Source of the DNA: Chlamydiia bacterium | GTDB lineage: Bacteria; Chlamydiota; Chlamydiia; Chlamydiales; RGXB01 | DNA: 64,000 nt | NCBI GenBank assembly: GCA_040382515.1 | Contig: JBEIFH010000001.1 | Span: forward strand, 21,915 to 85,914 | Direction of reading: 5' to 3' | Part shown: piece after piece, positions 30,030 to 39,700 of the stretch | How positions within the stretch are numbered: position 1 is the stretch's first letter | How the letters are laid out: each line of letters opens with the position of its first letter | Notes under the pieces: model-generated | The model's database searches: none | Seen by the model: the letters and a program-made list of their open reading frames with translations, nothing else | What the model was told of the DNA's origin: nothing | Made by a program: the position numbers and the translations under genes

Positions 30030-30644
30030 TTACCATTCGTTTCCGGCCTCGGGACTATTTTGTCCTCCGGGTGCATAGTATTTGGGTTTATTCGAGGGAT
30101 CATATCTTCCACGGTTATCGGAATCCACCTCTTCATCCTCGGATGAACCGCTTCCGGAATACCCATCGCAAGCCTTGCTGGACATTTTACTCGGATTTTG
30201 GCTATTTAGGCCAGATGTTTCATTTGAGGAGGGCTTGAGCTGCTGTTCCAAGTCGTACCCCTCTTGAGTGGAATGGGATCCTGAGCCCTCTACGTTACTT
30301 GGTTCTTGATTGTTTTGTTCTGCATAATTCATCACAGCTTGATTTGGATCAACACCGTTCTGGATATCTTGTTTGACAGCCTGTTTTTGCTGAGGAGTCA
30401 ATGTAGACCAGTACTGAGTCGCCTCATCATTTAATCCGGGGGGCGGAGTCGTATCCACACTTAGTTCATTGTATTCGTCCTGATCCTGATCCTGGTTTTG
30501 AGACTGCTGCGCAACCATGAAGGGTTTTTTTGAATTGACTTGGTATGTCAAGCTTCCCTTTAGGGCAAGTATCCCTAAAAGGGTCAATAAAACTAGAGAT
30601 AGGGTATAGCGCATACCAAGACCTTTTGATTCGACCTGTTTCAC
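30030..30644 (-). CDS. Membrane-anchored or secreted low-complexity (Q/N/S/D/E-rich) protein
   Basis: One N-terminal hydrophobic helix (YTLSLVLLTLLGILAL), then a polar, predicted-disordered sequence (QQSQNQDQDQDEYNE..., GSGSSEDEEVDSDN). The start may be the ATG at 30614. Confidence 0.6.
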   Translation of the reverse strand: MKQVESKGLGMRYTLSLVLLTLLGILALKGSLTYQVNSKKPFMVAQQSQNQDQDQDEYNELSVDTTPPPGLNDEATQYWSTLTPQQKQAVKQDIQNGVDPNQAVMNYAEQNNQEPSNVEGSGSHSTQEGYDLEQQLKPSSNETSGLNSQNPSKMSSKACDGYSGSGSSEDEEVDSDNRGRYDPSNKPKYYAPGGQNSPEAGNEW

Positions 30645-30697
30645 TTATTCCTATCGTTAATTTTGTTAAAAATTGTAAAGAAAAAAGTACAAAGTGT

Positions 30698-31138
30698 ATG
30701 AGGTTGGATATGCCTGACTTTAAAAAACCCTTAGTCTGCAAAGGTTGTACCGAGCCGGCCAGCTTCACATTCAAGGAGATCAAGAAGGGTGAATCTACTT
30801 GTTACAGTTTATGCTCAAAGTGCCCTTTAAGAGAAAAGCTTCTGGATTTGAAAACGGAGGTACTCGCCTGCCCCAACTGTTCAAAGACGCTACAAGAGAT
30901 ACAAACTTCTAAAACTGTCGGGTGCATTGATTGTTATACAACGTTCAAAGATACCTGCCACTCCCTTTTTCAATCTTTGAACCTGAGTGAATTTTCACCC
31001 CATACAAACTTTTCGGAAGTAGACATCCAAGAACTCCGCTCCTCATTGCAGGAGGCGATCGCGAAAGAGCTTTTTGAGGAGGCGGCGATCATCCGAGACA
31101 GACTAAAACAAATGTCCTCAAATTCGGGTGGCTTATGA
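30698..31138 (+). CDS. mcsA: McsA-like protein arginine kinase activator (4x CxxC zinc fingers plus UVR motif)
   Basis: CKGCTEPASFTFKEIKKGESTCYSLCSKC, CPNCSKTLQEIQTSKTVGCIDCYTTF and C-terminal UVR LQEAIAKELFEEAAIIRDRLKQM. I prefer the internal ATG at 30698 (or 30710), because the track start at 30545 overlaps the divergent gene. Confidence 0.85.
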   Translation: MRLDMPDFKKPLVCKGCTEPASFTFKEIKKGESTCYSLCSKCPLREKLLDLKTEVLACPNCSKTLQEIQTSKTVGCIDCYTTFKDTCHSLFQSLNLSEFSPHTNFSEVDIQELRSSLQEAIAKELFEEAAIIRDRLKQMSSNSGGL

Positions 31139-31728
31139 TCTTACATTTTATCCGCAACCTGGACCAGATCCCATTTGGTTCTTCCGAAGCCTCCCTGATC
31201 TTAAAAAAAGAGATTTCCGAAATTTTACAAGAGGGAAAATGGCTAGAACGGATCGAAGAAGCAGAGGAAAAGAGACTCCTCCAAGCCTATTTTTTCCACG
31301 AGCCCTACAAAGCACTCTTTTTTGATCCAAAAAGTAAGATTCTGATAGCTTTGGGTTCTTTCGATCATCTACACATTCTTTATGACGGCGAGTATAAGGA
31401 ATTAAAACCGGTTTTATCGACTCTTCATGCAAGGCTTCAGTTTGCCCATGACCCCAATTTCGGGTTTTTGACCACAAGACTCCACCAGACAGGAACAGGA
31501 TTCAAAGGAAAATTCTTTCACCCTTTGCATTACCCGCAAACCCAACCGGGCATTGAAGCCGTACCCTATGAGGGGGGCTATATTTACCAAAATCATCTCT
31601 CCATAGGGTGCTTAGAATCGACATGGATCGAGTCTTTGAAAAACCTGGAGAATTTGATACAAGAGCATATTGAAAAAATCAAGCATCAGCCCAGTTCAGT
31701 TGCTCTAAAAATTTTTGGCAATCAATAA
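31135..31728 (+). CDS. Short, divergent McsB-like ATP:guanido phosphotransferase core (197 aa)
   Basis: ATGA overlap with mcsA. Blocks resemble McsB: ILHFIRNLDQIPF (vs RLARN..FP), FDHLHILY (vs EDHIRIQ) and GFLTTRLHQTGTGFKGKFFH (vs GYLTSCPTNVGTGLRASV). No room for a C-terminal domain before the next gene. Confidence 0.7.
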   Translation: MILHFIRNLDQIPFGSSEASLILKKEISEILQEGKWLERIEEAEEKRLLQAYFFHEPYKALFFDPKSKILIALGSFDHLHILYDGEYKELKPVLSTLHARLQFAHDPNFGFLTTRLHQTGTGFKGKFFHPLHYPQTQPGIEAVPYEGGYIYQNHLSIGCLESTWIESLKNLENLIQEHIEKIKHQPSSVALKIFGNQ

Positions 31729-31814
31729 GCTTTCAATAGAGTCTTATTAATTAGCATTGAACCTTTCTAAAAGATCACTTAAGCTCTTTTTTGCAAATTT
31801 AACCCGAAAAGAGC

Positions 31815-33149
31815 ATGCTTGCAACTATGCATGCAGCTATTTTGTTGATCGGCGGAAAAAGCGAGAGGTTTTTAGACCCTTTTATACCCAAACAATTCCA
31901 AAAACTGAGTGGAAAACGGGTCTTTGAGTATGCGCTTCATACCCTTTTGCAGTCCGGCGCCTTCTCCCAAATCTTACTGCCATGCCATCTTGACTGGGTA
32001 GAGGCTTTGCGTCATGAACTGGCAAAATTCCAAGATAAAGTGGTGATTTTTGAAGGGGGGAACACGAGGCAGCAATCGGTGCAAAAAAGCCTGGAGCACC
32101 TGGATGATTCGATAAAAAATGTTCTGATTCATGACGGTGCAAGGCCTTTCTTAAGCCTTAAAATGATCGATGACATCCTCCAGGCCCTTGCTACCTACCC
32201 GGCAGCCGGCACCTACATCCCTTCCATGGACACAATCGGTGTTTGCCAAGAAAATTTCATTACGGAAATTCCCGATCGGAAAAAAATGGTCCGAGGTCAA
32301 ACGCCCCAAGGCTTTCATAAATCGCTACTACTGCAAGCACATGCTTTTGCTCAGGAAAGGGGGATACAAAATGCAACTTGCGACGTGCAACTTGCCCTGC
32401 AACTCAAGGCAAATGTCAAGAAAGTCGATGGAGAGGAGACAAATATCAAGATTACAACCCCTATCGATCTTACGATAGCCGAACATCTTTTGAGACAAAA
32501 AACCCCATCCAATCCGATAAAGATAGAACTCTTTGGAAAAAAAATAGCTTTGATAGGGGCATCAGGGGGAATTGGGCAACATCTCCACCATCAGCTTAAG
32601 CAAGAAGGTGCCGAGGTGATTCCCCTCTCAAGAACCTCCACCCCATTTGCAATAGACCTCACAAACCCCGATTCGATCCGAAAGACATCCGTTGAGATAA
32701 AAAAACACTTTAACGAACTGGATGGCTGCGTTTTTTCCGCGGGCTGCCTTTACAGGGGATCTATTGAATCTATCTCCCAAAAAAAAGCTCTCGAGATGGT
32801 GCAAGTGAATTTTTTAAGCCTTATCCCCCTTCTACAAAACCTCCCTCTGAAAAAAGGGGCCCTTTTTATCCTGATCGGCTCCTCCTCTTATTTCCGCGGA
32901 AGGAAGGAGATCGGCGTGTATTCGGCTACAAAGGCGGCCAGCATCAATTTACTTCAAAGCCTCCAAGAGGAGCGGCCAGATCTTAAAATACAGATTTATT
33001 GCCCAAAAAGAACCCTTACCCCAATGAGGATAAAGAGCTTTCCTGAGGAAGATCCTGCATCGCTTCAAGCCCCGAGCGAGGTTGCAAAATCTATCTTGAA
33101 CCAAGTAAAGGGATATTTTTGTATAGGTGAGGTCTTGAGCGTCCTCTAA
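31815..33149 (+). CDS. Fusion protein: IspD/TarI-type cytidylyltransferase (N-terminal) plus short-chain dehydrogenase/reductase (C-terminal)
   Basis: N-terminal half has AAILLIGGKSERF, PKQFQKL, VLIHDGARPF and RGQTPQGF. C-terminal half has IALIGASGGIGQ (TGxxxGxG), a SSS catalytic Ser region and YSATK (YxxxK). Confidence 0.9.
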   Translation: MLATMHAAILLIGGKSERFLDPFIPKQFQKLSGKRVFEYALHTLLQSGAFSQILLPCHLDWVEALRHELAKFQDKVVIFEGGNTRQQSVQKSLEHLDDSIKNVLIHDGARPFLSLKMIDDILQALATYPAAGTYIPSMDTIGVCQENFITEIPDRKKMVRGQTPQGFHKSLLLQAHAFAQERGIQNATCDVQLALQLKANVKKVDGEETNIKITTPIDLTIAEHLLRQKTPSNPIKIELFGKKIALIGASGGIGQHLHHQLKQEGAEVIPLSRTSTPFAIDLTNPDSIRKTSVEIKKHFNELDGCVFSAGCLYRGSIESISQKKALEMVQVNFLSLIPLLQNLPLKKGALFILIGSSSYFRGRKEIGVYSATKAASINLLQSLQEERPDLKIQIYCPKRTLTPMRIKSFPEEDPASLQAPSEVAKSILNQVKGYFCIGEVLSVL

Positions 33150-33154
33150 AAAAT

Positions 33155-33184
33155 AAAAAAACCTCCTAAAATTAGGAGGTTTTG
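33155..33184. terminator. Hairpin terminator between the convergent fusion gene and the tRNA pair
   Basis: ACCTCCTAA (33161-33169) pairs with TTAGGAGGT (33172-33180). It is flanked by an A-run and TTTG. Confidence 0.7.
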
Positions 33185-33192
33185 TAAAAGTT

Positions 33193-33265
33193 TGAGACAT
33201 GTTGGACTCGAACCAACGACCCTCTCATTAAAAGTGAGATGCTCTACCAACTGAGCTAATGTCTC
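33193..33265 (-). tRNA. tRNA-Lys (anticodon UUU)
   Basis: Reverse complement GAGACATTAGCTCAGTTGGTAGAGCATCTCACTTTTAATGAGAGGGTCGTTGGTTCGAGTCCAACATGTCTCA. Anticodon loop CTTTTAA. CCA is not encoded. Confidence 0.93.
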
Positions 33266-33272
33266 GGTATAT

Positions 33273-33345
33273 TGACCCTTCGGGGATTCGAACCCCGGTT
33301 GCAAGGATGAAAACCTTGTGTCCTAGGCCTCTAGACGAAAGGGCC
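33273..33345 (-). tRNA. tRNA-Glu (anticodon UUC)
   Basis: Reverse complement GGCCCTTTCGTCTAGAGGCCTAGGACACAAGGTTTTCATCCTTGCAACCGGGGTTCGAATCCCCGAAGGGTCA. Anticodon loop TTTTCAT. Lies 7 nt upstream of tRNA-Lys. Confidence 0.92.
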
Positions 33346-33398
33346 GCGCTAGTGATGGCACTAATATAGCAACACCGGCTATTTTTTCGCAAATATTT

Positions 33399-33935
33399 TC
33401 AAACTTCTTGCAGTTCTTTCTCTTTCTCAGCTAGGGCAGCATCAATTTCCTTGATAGCCTGGTCGGTCATCTCCTGGGCTTTTTTCTCCCCTTTTTTCTG
33501 CAAATCCTCAGTGATCTCATTTTGAGATTTCTGCTTTTTGAGAAGGTCGATCATCTCTTTGCGATGTTGTCTGACAGAAATTTTCGCCTCTTCGGCTTTT
33601 TTAGATGCAAGCTTCAAAGTCTCTTGACGAGTCTCTTTGGATGGGGGGGAAAAATTCACTCTGACTTGCCCTTTTTCCATAATGACCTGGGCATAGCTGG
33701 AAGACTCTTCTATCGCTTTAGATACCGCCTGAGCCATCGACGGGTCATAAAGAACGATCAAAATCTGGCGATCATGACAGGAAATCTGTCCGCAAGATTT
33801 CAACGGTTTTAAAGCTCCCATCATATCCACTTTCACGTGATCTAGCGTTTGTGCCGTAATCCGGCCCGAGCGTAATTTCTTCAGCTCTATTTTAAAGTGT
33901 TCGATCGTTTCGCTATTTTTCTTTTTTAGATCCAT
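33399..33935 (-). CDS. frr: Ribosome recycling factor
   Basis: 178 aa, with LKKLRSGRITAQTLDHVKVDMMG and ISVRQHRKEMID typical of RRF. Follows pyrH. Confidence 0.93.
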   Translation of the reverse strand: MDLKKKNSETIEHFKIELKKLRSGRITAQTLDHVKVDMMGALKPLKSCGQISCHDRQILIVLYDPSMAQAVSKAIEESSSYAQVIMEKGQVRVNFSPPSKETRQETLKLASKKAEEAKISVRQHRKEMIDLLKKQKSQNEITEDLQKKGEKKAQEMTDQAIKEIDAALAEKEKELQEV

Positions 33936-34596
33936 AAATATGTGTGCCTAAAGTTTCGTCTTTGAGAATTTGATCCAATAGACCAAAGGAAAAAACACGG
34001 ATTGGGACCGGATGCTCTTTCAATAAAGCAAACGCCGTCTGATCCATCACTTTTAAATCCTTTTCTATCGCCTCTTGGTAGGTGAGTTGTAAAAATCTAT
34101 TTGCAGCCGCGTGTTTTTTTGGGTCTTTGTCGTATACACCGTCTACATTTGTAGCTTTTAAAATCTGATCCGCATCCAAGTCTATGGCATAAAATGCGGC
34201 TGCGGAATCGGTAGAAAAATAGGGAAGGCCTGTGCCATAAGCCAAAAAGGCGACACCCCCACCATTCAACCACATATCCACTTCAGATCTTTGATAAAGA
34301 ACCTCCGCGGCAATCGGCTTGGCTGTAAAAACCCTGCCCATTCCTTTTAAATAACTGCTGACAACTTTAGCATTCATCACAGTTGCCAACATCCCCACTT
34401 CATCAGCTAAACCTCTAAAAATCGAAGAGCCGGCATCTCTTCCACGGTACAGATTTCCTGCACCAAGGACAACAGCCAGCTCAGCGTGCTTTGAAAGCTC
34501 GATTAGAGTGTTTGCTAAAGAAGCAGCTTTACCTTCAGAGATCATCGGAGAAAGAATTTCTCCGGAGATCTTTAGGACAAAGCGCCTTTTTTGCAT
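33913..34596 (-). CDS. pyrH: UMP kinase
   Basis: FVLKISGE, VVLGAGNLYRG and VDGVYDKDPKK. I prefer the internal ATG at 34596, which lies just after the tsf stop at 34601-34603. Confidence 0.93.
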   Translation of the reverse strand: MQKRRFVLKISGEILSPMISEGKAASLANTLIELSKHAELAVVLGAGNLYRGRDAGSSIFRGLADEVGMLATVMNAKVVSSYLKGMGRVFTAKPIAAEVLYQRSEVDMWLNGGGVAFLAYGTGLPYFSTDSAAAFYAIDLDADQILKATNVDGVYDKDPKKHAAANRFLQLTYQEAIEKDLKVMDQTAFALLKEHPVPIRVFSFGLLDQILKDETLGTHIYGSKKEK

Positions 34597-34600
34597 GCAA

Positions 34601-35425
34601 TTAAACCCCGACTTGTACTCGAACAAAAGAGGAGATAATCGTTAGATCACCCGCTCCAAGCTCCTTACCTTTTTTACGCACATACTCTTCAATTGTCAAG
34701 GACTCATCTTTGATGAACTTTTGCTTTTTCAAACAAACTTCAGCAAAGTAGGTGTTCTTTTTACCCTCGATAATTTTTTGTACCACGTTTTCCGGTTTCC
34801 CGTGAATTTGTGCGCGTGCAATCTCTTCCTCTTTGGAAATGATCTCACTTGGCACATCTTCGGGATCCAGGTATTGCGGGTGGGCAGCTGCACAATGCAT
34901 CGCAACTTCTTTGGCAACATCTCCCATGTGGGCGCCTTTAATATCTACAACACAAACGATTTTTCCATCGCCGTGGACATAGATACCATAAGAATGCCCC
35001 TCTTTTTTCTCAAAAAGGGTGTAGCGGTTGACTACGATGTTTTCCCCGATTTTCCCAACCAAAGCGGCTCTTCTTTCTTCGCAAAGTTCACGAAGAGCTT
35101 CTAGAGTCTTTGGATGGTTATGCAAAGCGAGCTCTGTTACCGACTGGGCAAAATCACGATAATCATCGTTGCGCACCACGAAATCCGTTTCACAATTAAC
35201 TTCAACAACTGCGATCCTGTGGGAGTCGTCAGCTACTCGAATCACACCCTCATTTGCTTCACGAGTGGCTTTTTTGGCCGCTTGAGCCAAGCCTCTCTTG
35301 CGCAAATGCTCCAATGCAAGGTCAAAATTTCCGCCGGCTTCGTCCAAAGCCTTTTTGCAATCTTGCATTCCAACTCCGCTCACCTCACGCAGGCGAACAA
35401 CATCTTTTGCAGAAACTACGCTCAT
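34601..35425 (-). CDS. tsf: Elongation factor Ts
   Basis: VRLREVSGVGMQDCKKALDEAGGNFDLALEHLRKRG is the UBA-like N-terminus of EF-Ts. Confidence 0.95.
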   Translation of the reverse strand: MSVVSAKDVVRLREVSGVGMQDCKKALDEAGGNFDLALEHLRKRGLAQAAKKATREANEGVIRVADDSHRIAVVEVNCETDFVVRNDDYRDFAQSVTELALHNHPKTLEALRELCEERRAALVGKIGENIVVNRYTLFEKKEGHSYGIYVHGDGKIVCVVDIKGAHMGDVAKEVAMHCAAAHPQYLDPEDVPSEIISKEEEIARAQIHGKPENVVQKIIEGKKNTYFAEVCLKKQKFIKDESLTIEEYVRKKGKELGAGDLTIISSFVRVQVGV

Positions 35426-36240
35426 TTTGCTACCTCAGCTACTGCCTCTCTGCGAGGACGACGTGGTCTATCAGATTTTTTAGCTTCGCGCTCTTTTTCA
35501 AACCCTTCGCCTTTTTCCGCTTTTTCAGAAGAATCTTCGCGTTGATGCCCAGCCGCCTCTTCTTTTGCAACTTTGATCGCGCCGGATAGGGCATCAAGGA
35601 TCACTTTAACGCTTTTTTGCGCATCGTCGTTTGCAGGGATCACATAATCGATCAAAGAAGGATCGCAGTTTGTGTCCACAATTGCCATCACGGGGATGTT
35701 CAGTTTCTTCGCTTCTAAAACCGCAATATCCTCTTTGCTTGGATCTACTACAATCATCAGGCCGGGAGCTCTACGCATCCCGCGGATACCAGAAAGGTTA
35801 CGACTCAATTTAACTTGATCTTTTCCGAGAAGAAGTCGCTCTTTTTTCGTGTATTCGTTGTTTTCAGAAGCAAGTTTTTTTTCCAGGCTTTCCAGCTTTT
35901 TTACCGATTTGCGAATCGTTGCGAGGTTCGTCAGCATCCCGCCCAACCAGCGCTCGGATACGTAAAACTCTTGGCAAGCTTCCGCCGTCTCTTTTACGAC
36001 GTCTTTAGCTTGTTTTTTTGTCCCAACGAAAAGGACGCTTTTGTGTTTGGAAACAATCGCTTTTGCCGCCTCTATTGCTTTTTTAAGCTGATGTACGGTT
36101 TTGGAAAGGTCGATGATGTGGATGCCGTTCTCTTCAGAGAAGATAAAACGCTTCATTTTTGGGTTCCAACGACGCGTTTGGTGTCCAAAATGGGCACCCG
36201 CCTCGATGAGCTCCTTGATTGTTGGCTCTTTATGGCTCAA
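35422..36240 (-). CDS. rpsB: 30S ribosomal protein S2 (with charged C-terminal extension)
   Basis: ELIEAGAHFGHQTRRWNPKMKRFIF, ERWLGGMLTN and IVDTNCDP. Confidence 0.96.
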   Translation of the reverse strand: MSHKEPTIKELIEAGAHFGHQTRRWNPKMKRFIFSEENGIHIIDLSKTVHQLKKAIEAAKAIVSKHKSVLFVGTKKQAKDVVKETAEACQEFYVSERWLGGMLTNLATIRKSVKKLESLEKKLASENNEYTKKERLLLGKDQVKLSRNLSGIRGMRRAPGLMIVVDPSKEDIAVLEAKKLNIPVMAIVDTNCDPSLIDYVIPANDDAQKSVKVILDALSGAIKVAKEEAAGHQREDSSEKAEKGEGFEKEREAKKSDRPRRPRREAVAEVAK

Positions 36241-36445
36241 AATAACTCCTTAGCATTCCCCTCTCCGGGCGCCGTCCCGGGCGATAGGGTTCGTTTATGC
36301 CAAAGTCACATCAAAATTTTGTTTTTACTTTAGAGGAATTCTATCGCTTGTAAAAACGATGGACCGGCCGGCTGGGGGAAGCATAGCAGATTCATATGTT
36401 TTTTTAAAGAGGAAAGAGCAGATTGGCTTTATAGAGAATAGAAAA

Positions 36446-36516
36446 AGCGCCCAGTCGGAATCGAACCGACACTAACAGCTTGGAAGGCTGTAGTTCTACC
36501 TTTAAACTATGAGCGC
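36446..36516 (-). tRNA. tRNA-Gly (anticodon UCC)
   Basis: Reverse complement GCGCTCATAGTTTAAAGGTAGAACTACAGCCTTCCAAGCTGTTAGTGTCGGTTCGATTCCGACTGGGCGCT. Anticodon loop CTTCCAA. Confidence 0.9.
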
Positions 36517-36721
36517 TTAAAAGGTACCTAAAGTATTCCAGATCTGTACATTTTTTGAAAAGTGAAAAGATTGAGCCTGTATTTGAAAAAAAGTCTATAT
36601 GGTCGCATTTTTGCAGCTCTTTACTAAAGATGTGGAGCTGAAAAAAAATCAAAAATAGAACTTTCTAAATTTTAAAAGATACGCCATTCCCAAAAAAACT
36701 TTTTTTTAGGAGACTGTCTAC

Positions 36722-39700
36722 ATGCGCAATCGCTCCATGAACCACACCCTTTTTGCACTGCTTATTTTTGCAACCGCCTTTTTTGTCCTGTTTTGCCGCG
36801 TCGCTTATCTCACCTTATGGATGCACGACTCGTATTTGGAGCAATCGAAGGGGCCCAGGGAGCTTTCGATCCATCTGGAACCTGACAGGGGGACGATTCG
36901 GGATTGTAATAACCGCCCTCTTGTCATCAATCGCATCGCCTATGAGATAGGAATCACTTTTGATAAAATTGCACTTTTACCTCGCGTGTCTGTACGAAAC
37001 GGCCAAAAAACCTTCCCTAGAAAAGAGTATATTGAAACCCTATCTGTTTTTTTAGCCACAAAACTACAGATCGACAGACAATCGATTGAGGATATGATCT
37101 TTTCAAAAGCGGCCCTGTTTCCCAACACTTTTTTTCCTCTGAAACAGGATGTGGAAGAGGGGCTGTTTTACCTCTTAAAAATGGAGGAGAAAAACTGGCC
37201 CGGGCTCGACGTGAGGATCCGTTCAAAACGCCACTACCCACAAGGACCGGTGGGGTTGAACGTTTTAGGCCTTTTAGGTCCGATCCAAAGTACGCAGATG
37301 GCTCAGCTCCAGCATGAATTAGAGGTATTGAGATCGTTTTTAAACAAAAGAAACGAGGGGATAGCCGCCCCGCTACCTGTCGGTTTTTTTTCATTTCAAA
37401 AAGCCCAAGAGCGTTATCAGGAGCTTCAAAAGCTCAACTACCGGCTCCATTCCTTTGTAGGCCGGGGAGGAGTTGAGGAGGTTTACGACAACCATCTGCG
37501 CGGATTTCCCGGAAAAGAGCGCTTTGAAGTAGATGTGAAAGGGCGATTTTTAAGGAAACTCCCCGAGTCTGTCGATCCCCTACCAGGCAAACGGCTCCTT
37601 TTAACTATAGACTTGGAACTTCAAAAGCACGCGGAAGAGCTCTTGATCCAAAATGAAAAAGAGCGTGACGACCAGTTCAAACTTTTGAGCAAGGACCACA
37701 GCAAAATTGCAGCCCCGTTCATCAAAGGGGGTGCTATTGTTGTTTTGGATCCTAAAACTTCGGCAGTCTTGTCCCTTGCCTCCTACCCTCGGATGCATCC
37801 CGGCATGGATCCACAAATGTGGCTGGAATCCCCTGACCATATACTAGAAATTTTTGATGGTGCAAAGCCCCTGATGAAAGAGCGGCTGGACCCCAGAACA
37901 AAACAGCCCTTTTTTGAGACCTCCTATTTGACGTACGAGATGTTTTTGGACCAGATTTTATCAACCGACTGTCAGGTAAAGAGATCCCTTTCAAAACTCA
38001 AAACAGTTGGAAAAATGCTTTTCTTGCAACAGGCGATCATGACTTTGCTACACCATTTCCAACAACAGTCGGTGCAAGCTCTTTTAGATGGCCTCTTCAA
38101 CACCGATCCTCACCAAGTCCATTTTAATGTTCCGGAGGAGTTCTGTTATGAACAACAATTCCTTTCCCCTCTATTTTCAAACATCCGCCATTCGAAAGAC
38201 CGGCTGTTGCTGTATGATCTTTGCCATCTTTTTGCCCCACTGGAAAACTTTAGCGATTCTCTTAAGATAGCGCTTACCGATGAACCTGTAGAACATTTTG
38301 TGGCGTTGTGCCAACAAATTCGAAAACTTGAAAAAGAGGTCAAAAAGCAGAGTCGTCTTCTTTTCAAAACCACTTACATGCCCGTTTTCAGAAAAAATTA
38401 TTTCCCCTCCTTTTTACAACAAATCCGCAAAAACGGTGGGAAGCTCCCCTATTTGGACTATCTAAAGCCCAAAGAGGAGGAGTTCTTTGAGACTTTTTAT
38501 GAGAGAAACCGCCCCCTTCTCATCTCCTCTGCACTCTTGGGGGCAAATATTGCACCTTTATTTGATCCCAAATATCGGTTGTGTGAAGAGCTCTCCAAAA
38601 TCCCTTCTGTCCCTCAAATTCAAAAAAGATTGCAAGATTTTCCAGCCCACCTGATACAAAATCTGGTGCAGGTTGTCCGAACAAGCAAAATGCTCAACGG
38701 ACATGAGAAGCAGCTTGCCCAGGGATTTTACCCAAGGCATGGTTTCGGTTTTTTTCGCTCTTTTGCGTACCAGGAATCGGCCCCTTTGGGCTCGATTTTT
38801 AAAATCGTTTCAGGGTATGCGGGGCTTAAAAGACATTTGGAAAAAGAGCTCGATTTCACCAAACCTTTTGATCCGAATCCACTCACTATACGTGATGAAG
38901 GACCAAGGGGGGACCCTCTGGATCCGAAAAACATCCTCGGGTTTTTGCAAGACGGCACTCCAATCACCAGAAATTTCCGCGGTGGCCGTTTGCCCAGAAG
39001 CGACCATCCGATCGGTAAATGCGATCTTGAAAGGGCCATAGAGCAGTCCTCCAACATCTATTTTTCTTTACTGGCCGAGGGGGCGAATGAAGAGCTTTTG
39101 AGCGCTTCAAAATCGATGGGCCTGGGTTCAAGGACCGGGATCGATTTGCCTATGGAAATCGGCGGCACGCTCCCCTTTGACTTAAGCTATAACAAAACGG
39201 GTTTATACGCTTTTGCCATCGGCCAACACCTGCTCACAGTCACCCCGCTACAAGTCGCAAATTTGCTCGGAGCGTTAGTGAACGAGGGGCAAGTGAAAAA
39301 GCCCCGTGTTGCCAAAGCCCTTTTAGGCGCCTATACCCCTCAGCAAACAACTCTGAAAAGATTTGAACAGTATTTTGCACCGTTCCACCTGCAACCTGCC
39401 CTATTTTCAAAAACTCTGAACCACAGTCTGGCCCCGTTTGTTCTCCCCTTTGAATCGCAAACGGTGCGCGCATTTGCATTCCCCAAGGAGCTCTCTTATC
39501 CGCTCCTTAAAGGGATGCACAAAGTTTTGAATGGGGAGAGAGGTGGCGCAAGGCCCGAAGCGATCCGCACCTATTTCCGCCATCCGGAAATGAAAAAAGA
39601 TTATAACAAGCTGCGCCCTTACCTTATTGGAAAAACTGCGACAGCTCAAATAAGCTACCGCCCTTTTTTAGATAAGGAGGGGGAATCTGCACTTGTGAAG

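Noticed and set aside
36265-36280. GC-rich hairpin CCGGG-CGCCGT-CCCGG in the rpsB 5' leader (minus strand)
   Set aside because: The stem is only 5 bp. That is too little to claim an S2 autoregulatory leader, and the known rpsB leader motif is from other phyla.
35815-36333. 172-aa plus-strand ORF opposite rpsB
   Set aside because: It is antisense to ribosomal protein S2, and its Phe-rich composition reflects the reverse complement of Lys/Glu-rich coding sequence.
36341-36445. Fragments reminiscent of SRP RNA (GGGGGAAGCATAGCAG) and RNase P RNA (GAGGAAAG) in the tRNA-Gly to rpsB spacer
   Set aside because: The matches are only 6-8 nt, and the flanking sequence does not continue the conserved motifs or helices. 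Probably promoter or 5'-UTR sequence.
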